Source: a virus (taxonomy: Duplodnaviria > Caudoviricetes). From it: DNA of 64,000 nucleotides. Position numbers and translations under genes: made by a program. Below the pieces are notes generated by a model that worked only from the letters and a program-made list of their open reading frames with translations, was not told where the DNA came from and made no database searches. Where the stretch lies: the IMG/VR virus record IMGVR_UViG_3300028805_000037, positions 236,446 through 300,445 of that record, one strand, 5' to 3'. Of this stretch, positions 27,433 to 37,345 are shown piece by piece. Numbering within the stretch: the stretch's first letter is position 1; each line of letters starts with the position of its first letter.

Positions 27433-29223
27433 ATGTCTATTAAAAAAACAGCTTCAGAAATATTAGATAATTTTACTGGTGGAATTGTTAATATATCTAG
27501 AGGAAGAAAAAAGAAAGCGGCAATGAATAAAAAAGCTGGCGATATGAGTTATGATGCTGCTTATGATGCAAGTAGAACACCACTTTCATACCAAGAACCC
27601 TTATATGACGCTTATCTTGTGATGTTTCCTGAATATAATTTAGTTGAAGCTAATAAAAGATATCGTCATTATGCAAAGTTTCATCCCGTACTTGGTAATT
27701 GTGTAGATATACATTCAACTTTTCCTTTTACTGATTTTGAAATAATGGTAGATAATGAAGAAATAAAAGAATATTATACATATTTAGCTAATGATAAATA
27801 TGATTTACCAAATATGAATACATTATCTGCAAGAGATGAAGTTCTTCTTGGTGAGGCAGTATTTCTTGGTAATTGGGATGAAGCTAATTTTGAATGGGAA
27901 GAATGGTTACAATATCCTCCAGAATTTATTGATATAACAACAATCCCAGGTATTTCATCTAAAGTTTTTACAATTAAACCAGATCCAGAAATACAAAATA
28001 CAATCAGAGATAAAGATAAAAATAGTGATGCTAATAAGATTTTGACAGAAATACTTAAAAAGATGAATCCTAAATATTATGATGCTGCTGTTGAAGATAA
28101 ACCATATACTGTACCAGAAGATAGAGTAATATATCTTGCTAATAAAATTGATGGTTATTCTAAAAGAGGATATCCTTTAACAAAAAGAGCATTACAAGAT
28201 TTAATGCATGAAACAGATTTAAGAACTCTTCAACATACATTTGTACAAAGACACATGTTCCCAATTAAATTATGGAAGTTAGGTAGTGAAAGTATGGGTT
28301 GGGTACCAAGTCAAAAACATTATCAAAATTTTAAAAAATTATTAGTGCAAGCGAGTGCAGACCCTGATTTTAACTTAATCTACCATATAGGTGTTCAATT
28401 TGAAGCAGTTGGAACTAAAGATAAAATTGAAGATTTACAACCTAAATTTGAATGGTGTTCAAAAAGAATAATGAATGCATTTTTTGTTAATGATGCTCTT
28501 CTTAATGGTGAAGCACCAAGTTATGCTGGACAAGTTGCTAATACAAAATTATTAATGTATAGATTTGCTACAGTAAGAAATAATAGAGAAAAAGCATATA
28601 GACAAAAGATATTTTTACCTATAGCTAAAAAGCAAGGTTTAGTTAAACAAAATAATAATGAAAAGAAAACATATACATTAATTAAAAGCAAAACATTTAG
28701 AGATACTCAATATTATCTACCTGAATTTATGTGGAGACAACAAAATACATTAAATAATTATCAATTACAACAAATGTTAGTAGGTTTATATAATGATGGA
28801 GCTATTCCATTTGGTATAATAAGTGATATATTTGGTTTAAGTGATAAAATACTTGAAAATTATCGTAAAAAAGAACAAGGTACTTATGCAAATAGATTAA
28901 CGAGAGAAATTGTAGATGAAATAGTTAAAGCTGATCCTAGTATGTCATTAAAATTTGCTTTAGGTGAAGATCCAATCGAATTATTAAAAGAAAAAAAGAA
29001 AAATGATGAAGTATTAAATAGTACAGAAGAAGGACAAAAAGATGAAAATGGAAATATAGATGATAATTTAGATATGAGTGGCGGAGATATGGGATTTGAT
29101 TCAAGATCACCTATAGAATTAGATAATAATGAAGAAGAAACAAGTAATAATGAAGAATCTGGAAGTGAGCCTCCAATGAGTGAAACTGGAGAACCTCCAT
29201 CAAATGAATCTTCAGAAATATAG
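27433..29223 (+). CDS. Portal protein
   Basis: 596 aa with acidic tail; HPVLGNCVDIHSTFP, LLGEAVF, RGYPL..RAL, FPIKLWKLG; leader MSIKKTAS. Confidence 0.7.
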   Translation: MSIKKTASEILDNFTGGIVNISRGRKKKAAMNKKAGDMSYDAAYDASRTPLSYQEPLYDAYLVMFPEYNLVEANKRYRHYAKFHPVLGNCVDIHSTFPFTDFEIMVDNEEIKEYYTYLANDKYDLPNMNTLSARDEVLLGEAVFLGNWDEANFEWEEWLQYPPEFIDITTIPGISSKVFTIKPDPEIQNTIRDKDKNSDANKILTEILKKMNPKYYDAAVEDKPYTVPEDRVIYLANKIDGYSKRGYPLTKRALQDLMHETDLRTLQHTFVQRHMFPIKLWKLGSESMGWVPSQKHYQNFKKLLVQASADPDFNLIYHIGVQFEAVGTKDKIEDLQPKFEWCSKRIMNAFFVNDALLNGEAPSYAGQVANTKLLMYRFATVRNNREKAYRQKIFLPIAKKQGLVKQNNNEKKTYTLIKSKTFRDTQYYLPEFMWRQQNTLNNYQLQQMLVGLYNDGAIPFGIISDIFGLSDKILENYRKKEQGTYANRLTREIVDEIVKADPSMSLKFALGEDPIELLKEKKKNDEVLNSTEEGQKDENGNIDDNLDMSGGDMGFDSRSPIELDNNEEETSNNEESGSEPPMSETGEPPSNESSEI

Positions 29224-29235
29224 GAGAAAATAAAA

Positions 29236-29835
29236 ATGAAATGGACAATTAAGAAAAAAGCTGCAATAAAAACAAATGAATATATTGATGCAGTATTAGA
29301 TAAATTTGTACAAAAATATAATTTAAAATTAGAAAAAGATGGTAAAGTAAGACGCTATTATTCAGCACCATTTTTACCAAATACATATATTATGTTTAGA
29401 TATGATGGAAATACATATAAATTTACTATAGTAAGAGATGATGGTAGAGAAACTGGTAATTATCAAGTTAATAATAATGATTTAATTAATGCAATAATTG
29501 AATTTGAAAATAAATTAACAAATCAATCTAAATTATATAAAAATTATAATAAACAAAAAGAACAACCAAAACAAGAATTAAAACAAGAAGAACAACAAAG
29601 TAAATCAAAAACAATATATAGTGTAGAATTACTTAATAATGAAGGTGATACTGAAACTTCAACTGATTGTAATAGTTATGATGAAGCAATACAAGCTATG
29701 GAGAAATATAAAAATAATAAAACGCAATATGTTGATAGCTGGGGTTTAAGTGGTAAAGGTAGAATAATTAAATATACACAAGATGAAAATGGTAATATAG
29801 ATGGAGAAAAAGTATTAAAAACTTTTTGGTTATAG
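29236..29835 (+). CDS. Leader-bearing putative internal head protein
   Basis: MKWTIKKKAA. Confidence 0.7.
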   Translation: MKWTIKKKAAIKTNEYIDAVLDKFVQKYNLKLEKDGKVRRYYSAPFLPNTYIMFRYDGNTYKFTIVRDDGRETGNYQVNNNDLINAIIEFENKLTNQSKLYKNYNKQKEQPKQELKQEEQQSKSKTIYSVELLNNEGDTETSTDCNSYDEAIQAMEKYKNNKTQYVDSWGLSGKGRIIKYTQDENGNIDGEKVLKTFWL

Positions 29836-29845
29836 GAGTAATAAT

Positions 29846-30232
29846 ATGAGTAAATGGACAAAAATAATTACTGCAGATCAAACATATCATGAAGAATATA
29901 CAATAACAGTTGAAGATGATTTACCATTAATAAAATATAATAATAAAGATTATATATTATTTCAAGTTTTAGTAAATGTAGAAAAAATATATAATACTTA
30001 TAATAAAGATATACATGATATCGTAAATGGCGAAGATAAAGTTACATATACAATTGACCAAGATATTCTTGATGAATTTGTTATAGATGAAATATATAAT
30101 GTTGAATTAATTGATCCTGAGACAGATGAAATAATTAAAATTGAAAATGATAAAAATCTTTTTAATGAAATATTAAATAATAAAGTATATATGGATTATT
30201 TTTATAATTATCTTGAAGGGTATATAGAATGA
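29846..30232 (+). CDS. Leader-bearing acidic protein
   Basis: MSKWTKIITAD. Confidence 0.7.
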   Translation: MSKWTKIITADQTYHEEYTITVEDDLPLIKYNNKDYILFQVLVNVEKIYNTYNKDIHDIVNGEDKVTYTIDQDILDEFVIDEIYNVELIDPETDEIIKIENDKNLFNEILNNKVYMDYFYNYLEGYIE

Positions 30233-30423
30233 TAGAAAACTTACCTAATTATCTAATTCAAGATGAAACATATATATATTGTAAAAAAGAAGATTTAAAT
30301 AAACTTCAACAATATAATAAGTTTATTCCACTTGATGATTATATGGAACAAGCCAATGCAAGAAAATTATATTATAATGTAATTGGTTTTATAGATTTTA
30401 AACAAGTAGTCATAAAAGAATAA
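30229..30423 (+). CDS. Hypothetical protein
   Basis: ORF track. Confidence 0.5.
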   Translation: MIENLPNYLIQDETYIYCKKEDLNKLQQYNKFIPLDDYMEQANARKLYYNVIGFIDFKQVVIKE

Positions 30424-30464
30424 TTGTAGAAATTTAAGATTTGACGTATTTTAATAAGTTTTTT

Positions 30465-30493
30465 AAGCTCATATAAATTAATATATGAGCTTT
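30465..30493 (+). terminator. Hairpin/terminator immediately before the late motif (30494-30508)
   Basis: AAGCTCATATA / TATATGAGCTT. Confidence 0.6.
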
Positions 30494-30546
30494 AATTTAA
30501 ATTTAAAAATGAATGAGGAAAACCTCAGAGAATAAAGGAGAAAAAT

Positions 30547-31674
30547 ATGGATAACAATCAATTCATGAATGCATTCCAAAATTTTGTACAACAAGCTGCA
30601 GGACAAAGTCAATCAAATAAAGTTTTTATTAAAAACAATTCAAAATCAATTTTATTATTACAAAATAATAAAAAAGAAGTATTTTGTAAATTAGAGCCTA
30701 AACAAGTATCAATTGAAGCATTTGATAAACAAGAATTAAGAACAAATGTTTTCATACAAAAGTTGTTGCAGAGTAATATGATAATATTATTAGAAGAAAG
30801 AGTTGAAGAACCTAAACCAGTATATAGAAATTATGGACAAAAATATCTTATAGGACAAAGATGTGAAATTAAAGGTGAACATCATTTAGTTATTAATATT
30901 GTACAATATTTACCAGAAACTGGACAATATAGATGTAAACTTGAAAAAACTGGTGGAATAATGATACTTACTGAAAGAGAAATTGTACCATTATCTAAAG
31001 AAGTAATAAATAAAGAAAATAATGTTGAAACTGTAGATGTAGTAGTAAATCAAGAAAGTAAAGTAAAACCTGAAGCTAAAAATGTAAAAGATATAATGAA
31101 AGATGCACTTAATGAATTAAATGATGAAGAACAATATCAAACACCAGAAATTATAACTGTTGAAAATCAAAAAGATTATAAAGAAATGATAGATAAAGAA
31201 GTTAATATACAAGCCGAGCAAGATATAGAAGCTGAAAAACAATTACAAAAAAGAATATATGGAAATAAAATGCCTAATAATGAAGTAATTCAGCCTTTAC
31301 CACAAGAACCTGAAGAAGATCTTGAAGAAAACATATATATAATGAGAAATAAAGATATTAATCAAAAATTTGCTAAAGAAGTTAAAGCAAGTAAAGTTAT
31401 AAATGATACAATGACAGCACAACAAAAAATACTTCAAGAAGAATTAAGTAAAGCTAAAGTTGTAGAAAGAAATAATGATAATCAGTTAAATGTAAATGAA
31501 ATTCCAGAAAAATTTAGAAAATGGTTTTTAGAATTTCTTAAAAAAGATGAAAGAAAAAAGAAAATAGCAATTTCAGCTTGCAAAGATATAGAAAAACTTA
31601 ATTTAATTATAAAATATTGTGGAGAATATGAACAAAATTTAGCAAAACAAAAATTGGCAATGATAGGAAAATAA
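30547..31674 (+). CDS. Hypothetical late protein
   Basis: ORF track; late motif and AAGGAG SD upstream. Confidence 0.7.
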   Translation: MDNNQFMNAFQNFVQQAAGQSQSNKVFIKNNSKSILLLQNNKKEVFCKLEPKQVSIEAFDKQELRTNVFIQKLLQSNMIILLEERVEEPKPVYRNYGQKYLIGQRCEIKGEHHLVINIVQYLPETGQYRCKLEKTGGIMILTEREIVPLSKEVINKENNVETVDVVVNQESKVKPEAKNVKDIMKDALNELNDEEQYQTPEIITVENQKDYKEMIDKEVNIQAEQDIEAEKQLQKRIYGNKMPNNEVIQPLPQEPEEDLEENIYIMRNKDINQKFAKEVKASKVINDTMTAQQKILQEELSKAKVVERNNDNQLNVNEIPEKFRKWFLEFLKKDERKKKIAISACKDIEKLNLIIKYCGEYEQNLAKQKLAMIGK

Positions 31675-31676
31675 AA

Positions 31677-32204
31677 ATGAATAAACCTAATATAAATTTA
31701 AGAGTTTTTCGTAGAGATACAAATGATATGACATTAGTCTATAATCATAAATCAATTCATAATAAATTTGCATTATGTCCTATTATAAGTATTGGTAAAA
31801 ATGAGCTTAAATATACAATGCTTAATGAGAAATCATCTAATGCAGCTGAAGGTGATGTAAAAGTTTTTATTGATTATCAAGAAAATAAGTTAAATTCTAA
31901 AGATAGATATAAAATTGATTTTTGTTTTGGAGAATATGATTATAGTTTAATTGTTGAACCTAAAGGTGTTATACCGAATCTTAAAGATAATATGAAATAT
32001 GTATCACAAAATATGATATGGGATAATGTTAAACAACGCTGGGTTAAAACACAATCAATGAATGATGGATTTAATAGAAATAATATGCTTGTTCATGATG
32101 CTAATAATAATGTTATATTAAATGAAATATTACAAAAATCAAAACAAAATAATGAAGTATTAAATGAAATATTAAATGAAATTAAAACAAAAATAATGAA
32201 ATAA
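31677..32204 (+). CDS. Hypothetical protein
   Basis: ORF track. Confidence 0.65.
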   Translation: MNKPNINLRVFRRDTNDMTLVYNHKSIHNKFALCPIISIGKNELKYTMLNEKSSNAAEGDVKVFIDYQENKLNSKDRYKIDFCFGEYDYSLIVEPKGVIPNLKDNMKYVSQNMIWDNVKQRWVKTQSMNDGFNRNNMLVHDANNNVILNEILQKSKQNNEVLNEILNEIKTKIMK

Positions 32205-32226
32205 ATATTTTTATTTTACATTGATT

Positions 32227-32262
32227 AAAAAAGAGTATACATTAAATTGTATACTCTTTTTT
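32227..32262 (+). terminator. Bidirectional-type intrinsic terminator
   Basis: AAAAAAGAGTATACA / TGTATACTCTTTTTT. Confidence 0.8.
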
Positions 32263-32280
32263 ATAATATATTTGTATATA

Positions 32281-32309
32281 TTTACATTTTCATAAAAATA
32301 TATTATAAT
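32281..32309 (+). promoter_or_regulatory. Sigma70-type promoter
   Basis: TTTACA-17 bp-TATAAT. Confidence 0.7.
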
Positions 32310-32344
32310 AATTATATAAAATAAAAAATAAAAAGGAGAAGAAA

Positions 32345-32632
32345 ATGAAAAAATCATTAGAAGAACAAATTAAAGAATTTAAAAATTTTTTAGATGCAAA
32401 TTATTTTATTTATGATTATTATACTTTAGATAATAATAAAGTTCATAATTTTATAATTTACCCTAAAAATGATAAAACTAAATCATATAAAGTTATATTT
32501 GAAAATCAATATTGCATACGAATAATTATGAAATTTGATATGAATAATTATGTTACAACTAATATATCACCATTACCTGGTGTATATTTTACTTTAGAAA
32601 AAACTATAGAATTTTTTAGATTATTTTTATAA
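32345..32632 (+). CDS. Hypothetical early-type protein
   Basis: AAGGAGAAGAAA-ATG. Confidence 0.65.
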   Translation: MKKSLEEQIKEFKNFLDANYFIYDYYTLDNNKVHNFIIYPKNDKTKSYKVIFENQYCIRIIMKFDMNNYVTTNISPLPGVYFTLEKTIEFFRLFL

Positions 32633-32694
32633 AAGTATTTACATTTTCAAAAAATATTATAATATTTATATATAAAAATAAAGGAGAAGAAGAA

Positions 32695-32910
32695 ATGGTA
32701 AAAACAAGTAATTATGTAGTAGAATTAATCAATAAAGGTAGTGAATTTGCAACTGAAGTTGGTAGGTTTACTTGGACTAAAGAAGAAGTAGATAAATACT
32801 GGGATGAACAAGTAATGATTTGGTTAAATGATGATAATGTAGAAATTGGTGGTAAATTAATATTAAGAAATGAAAAAACAAATAAAATTGTAAAGGAGGC
32901 AATAAAATGA
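32695..32910 (+). CDS. Hypothetical early-type protein
   Basis: AAGGAGAAGAAGAA-ATG. Confidence 0.65.
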   Translation: MVKTSNYVVELINKGSEFATEVGRFTWTKEEVDKYWDEQVMIWLNDDNVEIGGKLILRNEKTNKIVKEAIK

Positions 32911-33272
32911 GAGTTCATTATTTAACAAGAACTGGAATGATTCCACAAGCAATAGATTTTATTTTAAAAGAAAACCCAAATTTTGAAGTAACTTTAGAGC
33001 AATATGAAAATGCACAAAATACAAAAAAATATGATAAAAAACGAGGATATTATACATCTAAAGAAATACGTAGAATTAACAAGACTATAGATGAATATTT
33101 AGATAAACATTATTTAATGTACACAATAGATTATACTGATGAAAGAGATTACGGTTCAAGAATGGAAGCAATTTTAGTTTGTAAAAAACCTGAACATGAT
33201 GAAAGTGGTGATGATTTTATGATATATAGTCCAGATTTTACAAAAGATATTGTAGCTTGTTTTTATAGATAA
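32907..33272 (+). CDS. Hypothetical protein
   Basis: GGAGG SD. Confidence 0.65.
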   Translation: MRVHYLTRTGMIPQAIDFILKENPNFEVTLEQYENAQNTKKYDKKRGYYTSKEIRRINKTIDEYLDKHYLMYTIDYTDERDYGSRMEAILVCKKPEHDESGDDFMIYSPDFTKDIVACFYR

Positions 33273-33274
33273 AA

Positions 33275-33799
33275 ATGAGGAATAAAATGGAAATAGATAA
33301 AAGATTTTATATGAGTTATATAGAAAATATGTATAATTATATATCTGATTTAAAAAAATTATATGATAATAAAAAATTAATTATATTAGGTAGTGATTGG
33401 AACAATAGTAAAAAAAGTACAATAATTGAAAGTATAATATTAGGAATACCAATTAACACAATATATATGTTTGAAAATATAAATTCAAAATTAATTTGCA
33501 TTGATGGTAATAGAAGATTAGAAGCGATATTTAATTATATGAATAATAATTATGTATTAGATGATTTATATATTATGAATAAATTAAATAATAAAAAATA
33601 TTCACAATTAAAAGGTGATAATGAAAAATATTTATGTAGAATAGAAGATTGTAAACTTCATATTATGAAGATAAGATATGATACAGATAAAGATTTTATA
33701 TTGGAAATTTATCATAGATATCATAATATGAGTAAAGATAATGATTATTATATTAATAATATAATAAATAAATATAAAGATGAAAAACCAATGTTTTAA
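33275..33799 (+). CDS. DUF262 (ParB/GmrS-like) domain protein
   Basis: W...KKSTIIESIILGIPI..IY...CIDGNRRL. Confidence 0.7.
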   Translation: MRNKMEIDKRFYMSYIENMYNYISDLKKLYDNKKLIILGSDWNNSKKSTIIESIILGIPINTIYMFENINSKLICIDGNRRLEAIFNYMNNNYVLDDLYIMNKLNNKKYSQLKGDNEKYLCRIEDCKLHIMKIRYDTDKDFILEIYHRYHNMSKDNDYYINNIINKYKDEKPMF

Positions 33800-33816
33800 T
33801 AAAAAGGAGAAGAAGA

Positions 33817-34101
33817 ATGAAAAATAAAATAATGAAACTTTATGTTATTGGACCAGAAGATGATGGAGAAGGTATTTATCATTTAGTAGCTCAAACAGGT
33901 GAAGTATTTTATGGACATTTTTGTAGTCATATAGGTTTTGCTATGGGTGATCTTTATGCTAATAGACCTGAAAGAATAGAAGAATTAAATAAAAAATTTG
34001 GCAAAGTTAAAATTTTAAATTTAGGTGATGATAAAATAACAAGAGAAAAATTAATTGAATTAAATAAAAAATTTTATAAGGATAAGAAAAATGGTAAATA
34101 A
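33817..34101 (+). CDS. Hypothetical protein
   Basis: AAGGAGAAGAAGA-ATG. Confidence 0.65.
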   Translation: MKNKIMKLYVIGPEDDGEGIYHLVAQTGEVFYGHFCSHIGFAMGDLYANRPERIEELNKKFGKVKILNLGDDKITREKLIELNKKFYKDKKNGK

Positions 34102-34336
34102 ATCAATAAAATTGTTTTGTCCAAAATGTAACCAAATAAGAGAATTTGAAGTGCAGCATAAATTTGATATAAATAGTCATCATGATGTAAATGATGGTGT
34201 TATTGATTTTGATGATTTTGACCCAAATGCAGACATAAGATGTGAAGTAAATGTTGAATATGAAATAAGTATAAAATGTAGTTATTGTAATCATGAAATG
34301 TATAATGAAATAGGAAATGAAAACTACAAAATTTAA
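34091..34336 (+). CDS. Zinc-ribbon protein
   Basis: CPKC...CSYC; stop codon lies inside the late motif 34330-34344. Confidence 0.6.
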   Translation: MVNKSIKLFCPKCNQIREFEVQHKFDINSHHDVNDGVIDFDDFDPNADIRCEVNVEYEISIKCSYCNHEMYNEIGNENYKI

Positions 34337-34368
34337 ATTTAAAATATATTGTTTTTTTGAGGATAAAA

Positions 34369-34953
34369 ATGGCTAAATGGACTATTAAAAAACAAGCAGA
34401 AAATAAAACTTATGAAGAAAAAATGTTAAATGAAATTAAAGAAGCTGATGAAAGAATAAAAGAATTAAAAAAGAGTATAGATTTTTGGGAAAGACATAAA
34501 ATAGATATTCAAAATCAAATTAAGAAGAATAAAGGTGATAGTGAAAATCCTGAAATTAAAAATAAAGTTCAATCTCTTATAAATAAATTAGAGAAAAATT
34601 TAGATGAATGGAATAAAGCATTTAATGATCTTAAACAACAAGCTGGTATAAGTAATTTACGTGATTTAATAGTTAAATATAATAAATATTTTACAGATAA
34701 AGGTCAATATCCTAAAATTGATTATTATAATATTTATAAAAAATTTATTGAACATAAACAATATTTAAATATGTATTTAAGAAAATATAAAAATGAAAAT
34801 AATTTATCTGATTTAAATTATAATTTGAAAAATATATTTAATAATAATGATTTATGGTTTAATAGATCAGAAAATGAAGAATATACTGTACAATATTTTT
34901 ATAATGAATTACTTAAAATGGTTGATTTTTGTAAAAAACATAATATAAAATAA
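34369..34953 (+). CDS. Leader-bearing putative internal head protein
   Basis: Start reassigned to ATG 34369 (GAGGA SD); MAKWTIKKQAE. Confidence 0.7.
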   Translation: MAKWTIKKQAENKTYEEKMLNEIKEADERIKELKKSIDFWERHKIDIQNQIKKNKGDSENPEIKNKVQSLINKLEKNLDEWNKAFNDLKQQAGISNLRDLIVKYNKYFTDKGQYPKIDYYNIYKKFIEHKQYLNMYLRKYKNENNLSDLNYNLKNIFNNNDLWFNRSENEEYTVQYFYNELLKMVDFCKKHNIK

Positions 34954-34954
34954 A

Positions 34955-35116
34955 ATGAATAACTGGACTAAAATATTATCTTATATAAGAAAAGAAAAAG
35001 GCGTATATAATGTATATTCTGAAAAAGGTAAATGTTTAGGTAAAGGTTATAAAACAAAAGAAGACGCTGAAAAACGTCTTAAACAAATAGAATACTTTAA
35101 ACATAAAGGAGATTAA
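34955..35116 (+). CDS. 53-aa leader-bearing basic protein
   Basis: MNNWTKILSYIRKEKGVYNVYSEKGKCLG..KTKEDAEKRLKQIEYFK; similar to a module inside the protease; not in the ORF track. Confidence 0.65.
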   Translation: MNNWTKILSYIRKEKGVYNVYSEKGKCLGKGYKTKEDAEKRLKQIEYFKHKGD

Positions 35117-35117
35117 A

Positions 35118-35471
35118 ATGAGTAAATTTTTTAAAGTAAAATCTAGTAAACAAATAAAGTCTGGAAATGAAGTAAATGTTAAAATGAATCTTGATGAATA
35201 TGTTGAACTTCTTAAAATGATATATAATTCACGATTTTCTGATATTGATGAAGTAAAACAATCATTATTTCCTAAATTAACTGAATTTATTCATGAAGCT
35301 GGTTATGATAATATTGAATCACCGCAAGAAATGATAGATAGATATATTAATAGAGCAGATGTTCATTATAGAAGTGAATTTGAACCTAATGAAACATATA
35401 ATACTTGGGAAGAATATTGTAGTGATAATGCAATATTATGGAATGATGAATATGCAATAATTAGTTTTTAA
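35118..35471 (+). CDS. Leader-bearing protein
   Basis: MSKFFKVKSSKQIKSG. Confidence 0.7.
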   Translation: MSKFFKVKSSKQIKSGNEVNVKMNLDEYVELLKMIYNSRFSDIDEVKQSLFPKLTEFIHEAGYDNIESPQEMIDRYINRADVHYRSEFEPNETYNTWEEYCSDNAILWNDEYAIISF

Positions 35472-35492
35472 TATATATTATAAAAATAATAT

Positions 35493-35539
35493 AAAATAGC
35501 TCCGGGAAATTTAAATTTAAAAATGTCAGGAGCTATTTT
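35493..35539 (+). promoter_or_regulatory. Late-promoter-like motif (35508-35522) inside an RBS-sequestering hairpin
   Basis: AAAATAGCTCC / GGAGCTATTTT; the 3' arm contains the SD GGAG. Confidence 0.7.
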
Positions 35540-35542
35540 TAT

Positions 35543-37180
35543 ATGTCAATAAAATCAAAATTTTCTCCACTTGGTTATCTTTTTCCTAAAATACCAAAAA
35601 TAAAATTAACAATTGTTTGTAATATTGTATGTGATAATATTTATTTAAATGGTGTCTCTGTTGCACAGAATGTTAGCCAGATTGAAAATCTTGAAGTAAA
35701 TAAAGGATTATTATGTAATATTAAATTTGAAGCATCTGGGTATGATAGCTTAATTCTAGAGCCACAGGTAATATATGAAGATACTACAATTGAAGGTTAT
35801 ATAGGTGCAACTGATACATTAATATTGAATATTAATTCAGGTGATGAAGGTGAATTTTATATACCTTTAAATCATTATAGACAAGTTAATTATAATTGGA
35901 ATATAAAATGGGGTGATGGAACTCCTACTCAGAACGTAACTGGAATATATTCATCATCTAATACTGGTATACTTCATGAATATCCTAATAAAAATACAAA
36001 TTATACAATAACAATAACTCGAAATCAAGCATCTAATTATAATGGTTGGTTACTTGCATTTGGTTTTGATACTACTACTACAAATTATGGACCTCATTCA
36101 CTTATTAATAAAGGTAAAATATATCTTGTAGATGGTGAACTTACCGAATCAATGTTTTATGATATAATGAGACCAGCAGGTAGAACACCTGTTGATATGT
36201 CACAAAATGATTATAAATATGCATATATGTTTAATGATTGTAGAAATCTTCAACTTGGTAATTCAATTTCAATGCCAAGACATTATAATATAAATAAATC
36301 TGGAACTCATTATTGTGAAAATATGTTTTTAAATTGTACTTCACTTACAAGTTTAAAGAATTTTCAATTTGATGGAGAACATATAGAAGCAAGTGATTAT
36401 TATTGTAATTCAATGTTTCAAGGTTGTATAAATCTTGTTGATATTGGTAATTTTAGTATAGGTACTTATGACGATGATGGAACAATGTATCAAGGTCCGC
36501 AAATAGCCGGCACTTACATGTGTGCTAATATGTTTAGAAATTGTCAATCATTAATTTCATTACAAAATTTTGTACTTTCTGATTCATTATCTGTACTTGG
36601 TGATTATTCATTATCAAATATGTTTAATAATTGTAAATTACTTAATGATGTATCTGATTTTAATTTTCCACGTTATATGACTACAGCACCAAGATCAGCA
36701 TTTGCATATAAAATATTTTATGATTGTCAATCACTTGAAGATCTTGGTAATATGAAAATACCTAATATAACATCTATTAATAATAGTACTGAATCTGAAA
36801 TAACAGATAATAATGAATCAAGTTGGATTGGCTATTTTGAAAGTGCATTTGAAAATTGTATATCTTTAAAAACAGGTTATACATCATTTTTAAGTAATTG
36901 GACAAATGCTACTCAAGCTATGATAGATTATCATTGGTATTATTATGTTGTTATACCTTATGCAGCTATAAAAGTTCTTGTATATTATAGAACATTCTAT
37001 AAAATGTTTAAAAATTGTACATCTATAGAAGAAATACTCACTACTAATATTAAACCTCTTTCATTTACTCCAACAAGATCTTCAGATCAAAATGAACCTT
37101 ATTCTTATTATATTGAAAAACAAACTTTTAGAGGCTGTCCTTCAGAATATGTTAGTCAATTAAATGCAAATTGGTTATAA
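35543..37180 (+). CDS. Virion/surface protein with PKD-like domain and BspA/DUF285-like leucine-rich repeats
   Basis: IKWGDG...HEY; repeated MF.NC.SL motifs. Confidence 0.7.
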   Translation: MSIKSKFSPLGYLFPKIPKIKLTIVCNIVCDNIYLNGVSVAQNVSQIENLEVNKGLLCNIKFEASGYDSLILEPQVIYEDTTIEGYIGATDTLILNINSGDEGEFYIPLNHYRQVNYNWNIKWGDGTPTQNVTGIYSSSNTGILHEYPNKNTNYTITITRNQASNYNGWLLAFGFDTTTTNYGPHSLINKGKIYLVDGELTESMFYDIMRPAGRTPVDMSQNDYKYAYMFNDCRNLQLGNSISMPRHYNINKSGTHYCENMFLNCTSLTSLKNFQFDGEHIEASDYYCNSMFQGCINLVDIGNFSIGTYDDDGTMYQGPQIAGTYMCANMFRNCQSLISLQNFVLSDSLSVLGDYSLSNMFNNCKLLNDVSDFNFPRYMTTAPRSAFAYKIFYDCQSLEDLGNMKIPNITSINNSTESEITDNNESSWIGYFESAFENCISLKTGYTSFLSNWTNATQAMIDYHWYYYVVIPYAAIKVLVYYRTFYKMFKNCTSIEEILTTNIKPLSFTPTRSSDQNEPYSYYIEKQTFRGCPSEYVSQLNANWL

Positions 37181-37345
37181 TAATTTTAAATATTATAAAC
37201 TTGTATAATGACACTCTAATATATAAATTATAAATGCAAAAACTTCTTTTTTATAATAAAAGTTTATTTTCATTTATATATAATATATTTGTATTATATG
37301 AATAAAAAATTTAAATTTAAAAATTGTATTCACAGGTGAAAATTT

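Noticed and set aside
32638-32663. Canonical sigma70 promoter
   Set aside because: TTTACA to TATAAT spacing is only 14 bp; kept only as a repeat of the 32281 unit
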